Shown here piece after piece: positions 25,132-32,000 of a DNA stretch of 32,000 bases. The translations under genes were made by a program, and so were the position numbers. The first letter of the stretch is position 1, and the number at the start of each line of letters is the position of its first letter. Source of the DNA: Halogeometricum borinquense DSM 11551 (GTDB taxonomy: Archaea > Halobacteriota > Halobacteria > Halobacteriales > Haloferacaceae); the NCBI RefSeq assembly GCF_000172995.2, contig NC_014729.1, positions 1,830,001 to 1,862,000 of the forward strand, written 5' to 3'. Below the pieces are notes generated by a model, which saw nothing but the letters and a program-made list of their open reading frames with translations, had not been told where the DNA came from and did no database searches.

Positions 25132-25643
25132 AGGTAATCGATGAAGTCCACAGTTCCCACGCAGGGGTCCATCTCGCCCTCGATAGCCGCGATAACGTCG
25201 TCGGCCACGCTCTCGGGCGGTCGGTCAGTCGTATCTATCTCGTACACCGACTCCTCGCCGAAGCGTTCGACCGTCTCGGCGAGAATCACGTCGAGCGCCT
25301 CGCTCTCTGCGTTCTCTGCCACCTTTGCCTCCGACTCGTCGCGTTCGCGGAGTCGCTCTTTCAGCTCTTCGGGGTGACAGCGGAGGACGACGGCTTCGTC
25401 GGCGTCGAACAGGTGCGCGAGGTGTGAGTCGAGGATGCCGTCCCACTCACCCAACCACTCGGCGACGGCATCAACGTCTGCGACGAGGGAATCGCGGTCG
25501 GCGTCGCGTTCGGTAAACAGTTCTTCCTCGCGGATCGCGTCATTGAGATGGATCACGTCGAGGTCGGTTCGCGCCGCAACGAGGTCGGAGACGGTCGTCT
25601 TTCCGGTTCCGGGAGTTCCAGTGATGACGAGACGGCGCGTCAT
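25128..25643 (-). CDS. Fap7/AK6-like putative adenylate kinase (NTPase)
   Basis: P-loop ITGTPGTGKTT near the N-terminus. 171 aa. Size and pattern are typical of archaeal Fap7 homologues. ATGA overlaps on both sides. Confidence 0.78.
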   Translation of the reverse strand: MTRRLVITGTPGTGKTTVSDLVAARTDLDVIHLNDAIREEELFTERDADRDSLVADVDAVAEWLGEWDGILDSHLAHLFDADEAVVLRCHPEELKERLRERDESEAKVAENAESEALDVILAETVERFGEESVYEIDTTDRPPESVADDVIAAIEGEMDPCVGTVDFIDYL

Positions 25644-26731
25644 GGCTTCGTCGCCTCCACGTCAGCGATGACCTCGTTCAGTACTTCGACGGCGCGTTTC
25701 GTCTCCTCGCGCGTCCCGCAGGAGACGCGGATGCACGCAGGCAAGCCGAAACTGCTCGTGTCGCGGACGATAATACCGCGTCGCTTGGTCGCCTCCGCAA
25801 CAGCCGTCGCATCGCCCACTTCGACGAGAACGAAGTTGCCGCCGGAGGGCCACGTGTTCGCGTTCAGTTCGTCGCGGTAGTATTCGCGCGCCCATCGTGC
25901 CGTCTCGACGGACTTCTCGATATGTTCCTCGTTTCCGAGGGCGGCGAGCGCGGCGCGACAGGCGACCTTACTGGCTGCGAACGGTGTGTTCACGCGAGCG
26001 TAGGCGTCAGCCCACGCCTCGGGGACGGCGGCGTAGCCGATTCGAAGTCCGGCCAGACCGAACGCCTTCGAGAACGTTCGAATGACAGCGAGGTTGTCGT
26101 ACTCGTCCAGCAGGCCGATAGCCGACGGTTCCTCGCTGTACTCGCCGTACGCCTCGTCCACGACGACGAGCGTGTGGTCCTCGACGGATTCCAGAAGCGT
26201 CACGATGTCCTCGCGCGCCATCTCGGATCCGGTGGGATTGTGCGGCGTCGTGAGGTAGACGATTCGTTCGCCGTCGTAGGCGTCGAGAATCGTCTCGGGC
26301 GTCTGTGCGAAGTCATCAGCCTTCGAGAGGCTGTACTCCGCCACTTCGCCGTGGTGGTAGCGTGCGGACATCGCATAGTATGAAAATCCCGGTTTTGGCG
26401 TCAGCACTCTGTCATCCGGTTCGAGAAACGCCCGCGAGAGGTTGTCGAGTGCACCGTCACCGCCGGCGCTCACCCACACCTGCTCGGACGTGAGATCCCA
26501 CCGTTCTGCGAGTGCGTCTGTGAGGTCCGCGTGCGATGTTTTCGGGTAGACGTGTATCTCCGACGCGGCCGCTTCGACCGCTTCCACGGCGTCGGGACTC
26601 GGTCCGTGCGGGTTCTCGTTCGAGGATAGTTTCGTCAGTTCCTCGGGGTCCATCCCGAGTTCGCGGGCCACCTCCTCGGCCCCGCGCCCGGGCACGTAGG
26701 CTTCGTGCGCGGAGAGATCCCTCGGTTGCAT
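25640..26731 (-). CDS. hisC: histidinol-phosphate aminotransferase
   Basis: LSSNENPHGPSP substrate motif and the PLP-lysine motif RTFSKAFGLAGLRIGY. 363 aa. Confidence 0.9.
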   Translation of the reverse strand: MQPRDLSAHEAYVPGRGAEEVARELGMDPEELTKLSSNENPHGPSPDAVEAVEAAASEIHVYPKTSHADLTDALAERWDLTSEQVWVSAGGDGALDNLSRAFLEPDDRVLTPKPGFSYYAMSARYHHGEVAEYSLSKADDFAQTPETILDAYDGERIVYLTTPHNPTGSEMAREDIVTLLESVEDHTLVVVDEAYGEYSEEPSAIGLLDEYDNLAVIRTFSKAFGLAGLRIGYAAVPEAWADAYARVNTPFAASKVACRAALAALGNEEHIEKSVETARWAREYYRDELNANTWPSGGNFVLVEVGDATAVAEATKRRGIIVRDTSSFGLPACIRVSCGTREETKRAVEVLNEVIADVEATKP

Positions 26732-26771
26732 GGTCGAACGATACCGCTGACGGTTCTTAAGGGTGCTTACA

Positions 26772-26799
26772 CCGAGCGCCAGCCACTCGCGCCGCTCGG
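26772..26799 (-). terminator. hairpin CCGAGCG-N14-CGCTCGG just downstream of the TupA-like gene stop
   Basis: 7-bp stem read directly. No T tract, so function is uncertain. Confidence 0.25.
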
Positions 26800-26801
26800 C
26801 G

Positions 26802-27758
26802 TCATTCGTCGGTCTCCGTCTCGTCTGTGGCGGGGACGTACTGATCGAACTGCGGGTCCGCAGAGAGCGTGTCCGGAACGAACACGCGCTCGCCGTCGGT
26901 GCGGAACTCCCGAATCACCGCCTGTCCGTCGCGGCCGGTGAGAAAGCCAACGTAGAGCATGGCGAGTTCGTACGCCACGTCGTGTCGGGCGGGGTTCGTC
27001 GGAATGACGCCGTACTCGTTCAGCAAACTGTTCGGACCGCCACCGAGTGGCCCTTCGACCAACGCGTTCAGGTCGATATCTGCGGCGAAAACGCGGAAGG
27101 TACCCCTATCGACGAGCGTGTACGCACCTCTGCGAGAGGCCTGCCTGAGCGTGTCGCCCATGCCGTCGCCGGCGGCTTGGTACCAACGTCCTTCGGGTGA
27201 GGCGTCCGCACGGGACCAGAGCTTCTGTTCTCGACGGTGTGTCCCCGAGTCGTCGCCGCGCGAGAGAAACAGCGCTTCGGACGTGGCGATGGCCTCGAAC
27301 GCCGCAACCGGGTCGTCGATGTCGGCGACGGCCGCCGGGTCGTCCGGCGGGCCGACGATGAGAAAGTCGTTGTGCATCAGCGCGCGGCGGTTCACGCCGT
27401 GACCGTCTCGAATGAATTGGTCTTCGGCCGGGCGGGCGTGGGCGATGACAACGTCGGCGTCGCCGTCGCGCGCAGTTCGGAGCGCCGCACCGGTCCCCTG
27501 AGAGAGCGTCTTCACCTGAATCCCGAACCGCTCTGTGAACGCTGTGTGCAGCGTATCCAACAGGCCGGTATCGTACGCCGTCGTCGCCGTGGCGAGAGTG
27601 AGCGTCGCGTCGAGTCCGGATGTACCGTTCGTCGTCTGCGTCCCCCGTTTTGTCGCCTCCTCGTTCGCTCGTTTGGCCGCACGGTCTGTGCTGCCGACGC
27701 ATCCCGCGGTGGCGACGCCCGCGACACCGACTGCGCGAAGATACCCTCGCCGTCTCAT
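26802..27758 (-). CDS. TupA-like tungstate/oxyanion ABC-transporter substrate-binding lipoprotein (Tat signal)
   Basis: MRRRGYLRAVGVAGVATAGC is a twin-arginine signal plus lipobox. TTAYDTGLLD, GTGAAL, GDADVVIAH, NDFLIVGPPDDPA and SRGDDSGTH match my memory of the TupA family. Confidence 0.72.
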   Translation of the reverse strand: MRRRGYLRAVGVAGVATAGCVGSTDRAAKRANEEATKRGTQTTNGTSGLDATLTLATATTAYDTGLLDTLHTAFTERFGIQVKTLSQGTGAALRTARDGDADVVIAHARPAEDQFIRDGHGVNRRALMHNDFLIVGPPDDPAAVADIDDPVAAFEAIATSEALFLSRGDDSGTHRREQKLWSRADASPEGRWYQAAGDGMGDTLRQASRRGAYTLVDRGTFRVFAADIDLNALVEGPLGGGPNSLLNEYGVIPTNPARHDVAYELAMLYVGFLTGRDGQAVIREFRTDGERVFVPDTLSADPQFDQYVPATDETETDE

Positions 27759-27869
27759 GTGTCGCTGATCCGGCCGCCGCTGTGAAAGACACTCGGTTAC
27801 GTTCTCACGAGATAGGAATCAGTTCTGGTTACAACCATTCATGCTGGCCACGACGATGAGCACGTTTCA

Positions 27870-29486
27870 TCACAGCGATGATTCGATTGCGGCCGCCGCG
27901 CGCAACGAGAGCGCGCCGATGGTGAGTGTCGGATTCATCGCGCCGCCGGTGGGGAAGACGCTCGATCCGACAATCCACAGGTTCGATAGGTCGTGCGTCC
28001 GCATCTCGGCGTCCACGACGCTCGAATCCGGGTCTGTGCCCATCCGCGTCGTCCCCATCTGATGGAACGCGGGACCGGTGTGTTCCGGGCCGACGGTCCA
28101 GTCAACGGTCGCACCGAGTTCCTCGAAGACGCGACGCTGAATCTCGTTTGCGCGGCGCAGCGCGGCCTTCGTCTGCGCGTCCAGCGACCACTCCACGTGC
28201 GGGACAGGATTCCCGTGGTCGTCGGTGCGTGACTGATCGAGTGTGATACGGTTCTCCGCGCGCGGGAGTTGTTCGACTAGCGCGCCCATGGCGAGGTGGG
28301 TACCGTAGGAATCGCGCAACTGAGAGCGCAGTTCGTCGCCCCACGTCTCGGCGTGCATCGCTTCGACGACGGGCGACGGCCCGGCGTAGTTCAGAAACTC
28401 CAGTTTGAGGCCGTTCACCGGGTCCGAATCGTCGTAGAACTGGTGGCTCTCGCTGGTGTTGAACCCCACATGGTTCTGTCGCGTCTCCCGTTCGACGCGG
28501 CCGCCGACGCCCGCGAACAGGTGATCCATGAAATACCGACCGACCGCACCGCTTGAGTTTGCGAGTCCGTCGGGGTACGCCTCGGACTGTGAGAGAAGGA
28601 GCAGGCGGGCGTTCTCGACGCCACCGCAGGCGACGACGAACCGGCGAGCCTCCTGCTCGTGTTCGGTGCCATCCGGTGTCGCGTAGACGGCGCGTTCGAT
28701 GCGGTCGCCCGAGTCGTCGTGTTCGAGTCGTTGGACGGGCGCGTGGTCGATGACGCGCGCACCCGCTTTCTCGGCCGCGCGGACGTGCGACTCGGCGGTG
28801 TACTTCGCACCGGAGGGGCAGACAGGCTTGCACGTCCCGAATCCCTGACACGCCGCGCGGCCGTCGTACGGTTCGGAGTTGCGTGCGTTCGGCACCGAGT
28901 GCATGTCGATTCCGAGTCGCTCGCACGCCTCCGCGAAGATGGAATCAGAGTGCGACGGCGGGAATGCGGGGAGCGGAAACGGTTCCTCGCGCGGCGGTGC
29001 GTACGGATTGTCGAGTGCGCCCGCCACGCCGAACGCGTCTTCTGCCTCGCGGTAGTGCGGTTTCAGGTCGTCGTACGAGAGCGGCCAGTCCGTGCCGACG
29101 CCGTGGCGACTCTGCATCTCGAAGTCGCGTTCGTGGAGGCGCATCACCATCCCCTGCCAGTGGAGCGTGGTTCCGCCGACACCTTTCACGCGCGCGGCGT
29201 TCAGCGGGTAGTGACGCCCCGAAGTCGTGTAGTCGTCCCGCGGGCCGCCCATCTCCCACGGATTCCCCATCCCGGGTCGGATGTGTTCTTCCATCTGTTC
29301 CAGTCGGCGCGAGAAGTCGAACCGCGGTCCCGCTTCGAGAACGACAACGGCCGCATTCGCAGCAGCGAGTCGGTGAGCAACGAGAGCACCGGCCGGACCG
29401 GACCCGACGACACAAACATCGGCACGAGGCGATGGAGTTCTCTCTCGCCCGTCGCCGACCCCTCCATCGGTGGGCGTCTCAGCCAT
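27870..29486 (-). CDS. GMC-family FAD-dependent oxidoreductase (flavoprotein subunit)
   Basis: N-terminal VCVVGSGPAGALVAHRLA FAD motif and the C-terminal HQMGTTRMG active-site region. 538 aa. No signal peptide of its own. Confidence 0.9.
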   Translation of the reverse strand: MAETPTDGGVGDGRERTPSPRADVCVVGSGPAGALVAHRLAAANAAVVVLEAGPRFDFSRRLEQMEEHIRPGMGNPWEMGGPRDDYTTSGRHYPLNAARVKGVGGTTLHWQGMVMRLHERDFEMQSRHGVGTDWPLSYDDLKPHYREAEDAFGVAGALDNPYAPPREEPFPLPAFPPSHSDSIFAEACERLGIDMHSVPNARNSEPYDGRAACQGFGTCKPVCPSGAKYTAESHVRAAEKAGARVIDHAPVQRLEHDDSGDRIERAVYATPDGTEHEQEARRFVVACGGVENARLLLLSQSEAYPDGLANSSGAVGRYFMDHLFAGVGGRVERETRQNHVGFNTSESHQFYDDSDPVNGLKLEFLNYAGPSPVVEAMHAETWGDELRSQLRDSYGTHLAMGALVEQLPRAENRITLDQSRTDDHGNPVPHVEWSLDAQTKAALRRANEIQRRVFEELGATVDWTVGPEHTGPAFHQMGTTRMGTDPDSSVVDAEMRTHDLSNLWIVGSSVFPTGGAMNPTLTIGALSLRAAAAIESSL

Positions 29487-30090
29487 CGCTCTCGTCCTCC
29501 TCGGATTCGTTCTCGGGCATCGTTGCGCGTCGATAACTCCCAGTCCCCCCGGGGTGTCCGATGGGATTCTCGATGCCGACGAGTCGGCCGCCCGTCGGTG
29601 AGGAGTAGAAGGCGAACAGCAGGTCGTTCACGACGTAGAAGCGAAGCCGCTCGGAGATAGTTCCGTCCGGTTCCGGATCTGCTGTCTCGACGCCGAGACC
29701 GCGGAGGATCTCGTCCCGTTCGTCTCTCGGGAGTGCTGCGAACGGGCTGTCCCGCCAGTCGCGGGCGATAGCATCGAGTTCAGCGGCCGTCTCAGTCAGT
29801 CCTCTGCGGTACGCCTCGCGCCCCGCAGTCCGGCCGAGAACGTAGCGTTCGACGAAGGTTCGATGCGCCTCGACCTCGGAGGGAAAGATCACCGCCGCCG
29901 CGGCGTCCATCACGTCAAGAAGGTCGTCTGACACCGGTGACTCGTCGTCGCTTTCGAGGCCACCACTCTCGCTGTCGTCATTTCTCCCGTCGTCCGCGCG
30001 CGGCGGGCCGTACTGCATCCCCACCGCCCCTGCCCCAACGGCCCCAACAGCCGCGAGAGCGGCCACTGCGTCTCGCCGCGTCAGTTTCAC
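29479..30090 (-). CDS. gluconate 2-dehydrogenase subunit-3-like small subunit with Tat signal
   Basis: KLTRRDAVAALAAVGAVGAG is a twin-arginine signal. 8-nt overlap (ATGGCTGA) with the GMC gene. The start codon is GTG (cac at 30088-30090). Confidence 0.72.
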   Translation of the reverse strand: MKLTRRDAVAALAAVGAVGAGAVGMQYGPPRADDGRNDDSESGGLESDDESPVSDDLLDVMDAAAAVIFPSEVEAHRTFVERYVLGRTAGREAYRRGLTETAAELDAIARDWRDSPFAALPRDERDEILRGLGVETADPEPDGTISERLRFYVVNDLLFAFYSSPTGGRLVGIENPIGHPGGTGSYRRATMPENESEEDESDG

Positions 30091-30135
30091 GAATTCGGAT
30101 TAGGGGAACCTAAACTTAGGGGTTGTCCTTCGGCT

Positions 30136-30522
30136 TCACCACGTCTTCGCGGCGAAACTCACGGCGACAAAGACGGCGGTAGCCGGGAGGACAAAGAGGG
30201 AGACATCCACTCCGAACCCAAGATTCCACGCGAGGACGACACCCTGCACGTACGCGAGGAACAGAGCGAGAGCGAACCCGTACGATCCCGAGACACCACC
30301 GGTTTCCTTCATCTCGGAGACGGAGCGGAGAAGGACGATGGTCACGATACCGATTGCGGGAAGCAGGAAGAGACCGACGGGTGTCGAGACGAAAGAGTCC
30401 GCACCGTCCATCCCGAAGTGGATCGCAAACTGGTCGGGAAGCGACGGGAGGAAGACGAGGCCGACGAGTGCAGTGGCCCCGAGGACAGCGATACCCACGA
30501 TGTCTGCTCGAGTCAGACGCAT
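30136..30522 (-). CDS. membrane protein, DUF1648-like (4 TM segments)
   Basis: The pattern LPDQFAIHFGMDGADSF after the first TM resembles the DUF1648/SdpI N-terminal region. 128 aa. Confidence 0.6.
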   Translation of the reverse strand: MRLTRADIVGIAVLGATALVGLVFLPSLPDQFAIHFGMDGADSFVSTPVGLFLLPAIGIVTIVLLRSVSEMKETGGVSGSYGFALALFLAYVQGVVLAWNLGFGVDVSLFVLPATAVFVAVSFAAKTW

Positions 30523-30600
30523 ACTCGATCCTTCTCCGTCCCGGGGTAAGTGTTCTGTTACGTGAACGAGGTGACAACCGAGACGAAAAACGGCAGCAGT

Positions 30601-31335
30601 TCACTCAGCCGAGCGCACGTCGTGTTCGAGGACGCCGACACCTTCGACCTCGACCGCTACGTGGTCTCCATCCGAAAGCGGGCCGACGCCTTCTGGCGTT
30701 CCCGTCGAGACGACATCCCCGGGTTCGAGCGTCAGGTACGTCGTTATCTCTTCGATGAGATCTGGGACGGAGAACATCATATAGTCACGCGAGGACGACT
30801 GCTTCGTCTCGCCGTTGACGCGGAGTTCGACGCTCGCATCGTCCGGCACTTCGTCGGGGGTAGCAAGAACGGGCCCAAGCGGTGCCGAGTTGTCGAACGC
30901 CTTCCCGCGCACCCAGTTTTGTTCTTTGTTCTGGTCGTCGCGGTTCGACACGTCGTTCATGCAGGTGAACCCGGCCACGTAGTCCATCGCGTCTTCGGCG
31001 GCCACGTTCCGCGCCTGCGTTCCGATGACGACCGCGAGTTCGGCTTCCCAATCGACCCGCTCTTTCCCGGCCGGGAGCGTCACGGTGTCACCGTGGGCGG
31101 CGAGCGTGTTCGGCGGTTTGAGAAACAGGAGCGGTCTGTCCGGCACGTCGTTGTCCAACTCGGCCGCGTGGTCAGCGTAGTTGCGACCGATACAGACGAT
31201 TTTCGTCGGTTCGCACGGCGGGAGGATCTCTACCTCCGCAAGAGAGTACGTCTCGCCGCCGAACGAGACGTGGTCGTCGTGCCACTGTCCGGTTCGGACA
31301 GAGCCTGCGGGGTCGCGGAAGCGAACGCGGTGCAT
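30601..31335 (-). CDS. fumarylacetoacetate hydrolase (FAH) family protein
   Basis: KIVCIGRNYADHAAE, LFLKPPNTL, EAELAVVIG and GDVVSTGTPEGVG are typical FAH-family motifs. Confidence 0.9.
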   Translation of the reverse strand: MHRVRFRDPAGSVRTGQWHDDHVSFGGETYSLAEVEILPPCEPTKIVCIGRNYADHAAELDNDVPDRPLLFLKPPNTLAAHGDTVTLPAGKERVDWEAELAVVIGTQARNVAAEDAMDYVAGFTCMNDVSNRDDQNKEQNWVRGKAFDNSAPLGPVLATPDEVPDDASVELRVNGETKQSSSRDYMMFSVPDLIEEITTYLTLEPGDVVSTGTPEGVGPLSDGDHVAVEVEGVGVLEHDVRSAE

Positions 31336-31410
31336 GGGCGGTGTGTCAGCCTGTGACGGTTTCGTTCTTTCCTTCGCGGAAAAGTGACCGTCCTGTCTGA
31401 ATCCTCTTAG

Positions 31411-31416
31411 ATTTAA
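31411..31416 (+). promoter_or_regulatory. TATA-like ATTTAA about 32 nt upstream of the 31446 ATG
   Basis: The only AT-rich element in the divergent gap 31336-31445. Confidence 0.35.
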
Positions 31417-31445
31417 GCGACCGACGCGAGTAGTACGAGGCGGCT

Positions 31446-32000
31446 ATGACGATGGAACTCACCTGGCACGGCCACTCTACGTGGCACGTCGATGTAGACG
31501 GCACAACGTTCCTCATCGACCCGTTCTTCGACAACCCGTTCACGGATCTGTCGCCGTCGGACGTGGAAGACCCCGACTACCTCCTGTTGACGCACGGACA
31601 CGCCGACCACATCTCAGACGCCGGTGCGTTCACCGATGCGACGGTCGTCGGCGTCCCCGAGATGACGGGATACATGGAGGCGGAAGTCGGCTTCACCGAC
31701 AGTATCGGCATGAATCTCGGTGGCACCGTCGAGTGCGGTAATGCGTTCGTGACGATGCATCGGGCAGACCACACGAACGGTCTCAACACGGGCTACGAAC
31801 ACGACATCGGGATGCCAGCGGGCTTCATCATCAGCGACAAAAAGCCCACGCAGGAGGCCGACGAGGACGCGACGACGTTCTACCATGCGGGCGACACGGC
31901 TTTGATGTCCGAGATGAAGGATGTCATCGCACAGTATCTCGAACCCGACGCGGCCGCCGTCCCGTGCGGCGACCATTTCACGATGGGACCGGTGCAGGCC
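31446..32000 (+). CDS. MBL-fold metal-dependent hydrolase (UPF0173-like), 3'-truncated by the window end
   Basis: My translation: [28 protein letters not shown]...[14 protein letters not shown] (HxHxDH motif). The frame is open through base 32000. Absent from the track because it has no stop. Confidence 0.85.
   Translation, partial: MTMELTWHGHSTWHVDVDGTTFLIDPFFDNPFTDLSPSDVEDPDYLLLTHGHADHISDAGAFTDATVVGVPEMTGYMEAEVGFTDSIGMNLGGTVECGNAFVTMHRADHTNGLNTGYEHDIGMPAGFIISDKKPTQEADEDATTFYHAGDTALMSEMKDVIAQYLEPDAAAVPCGDHFTMGPVQA

Noticed and set aside
1-32000. Defence island, provirus or mobile element signature across the window
   Set aside because: I recognised no integrase, transposase, tRNA attachment site, restriction-modification system, toxin-antitoxin, Cas, Argonaute or capsid/terminase-like genes. 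Apart from the small 10476-11288 islet, composition and codon usage look uniform and the content is housekeeping.

Overview
GC-rich haloarchaeal (class Halobacteria) chromosomal segment. The assignment rests on acidic proteins, archaeal-type genes (GHMP shikimate kinase, aMBF1, short archaeal TIM, CDC48, Fap7-like kinase) and TATA-like boxes about 25-30 nt upstream of start codons, which suggests leaderless mRNAs. The gene order reminds me of Haloferax, but that is memory, not a search result. The window is about 90% coding, and I support 33 CDS. I saw no rRNA, tRNA, CRISPR array, IS element, integrase or transposase. Content is mostly housekeeping. It includes scattered aromatic amino-acid genes (aroK plus chorismate mutase, tyrA, aroA, aroC), hisC, tpiA, surE, porAB, cdc48, dinB, an Lrp regulator and mbf1. 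It also holds a CDP-alcohol phosphatidyltransferase, an M24 peptidase, an SDR, MaoC, FAH and MBL-fold enzymes, and a two-subunit Tat-exported GMC dehydrogenase next to an orphan TupA-like binding protein. This reads as core genome rather than an accessory island, and I did not find a convincing multi-gene novel system. The best leads are: (1) a stand-alone HerA/FtsK-like ATPase fused to a coiled coil, an acidic linker and a winged-helix-like tail, downstream of dinB; (2) a 45-54 aa zinc-finger micro-protein with C-x2-C-x12-H-x3-C spacing, missing from the ORF track, divergent from cdc48; (3) a low-GC islet with a 259-bp, ~45% G+C spacer and a Cys-less redoxin-like ORF bracketed by a 12-bp direct repeat; (4) a translationally coupled pair of unknown-function genes; (5) short tandem duplications sitting on the stop codons of the MaoC gene and aroA. 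Most long antisense or alternate-frame ORFs in the track are GC-driven shadow ORFs. Several track ORFs also carry 5' extensions that I trimmed.
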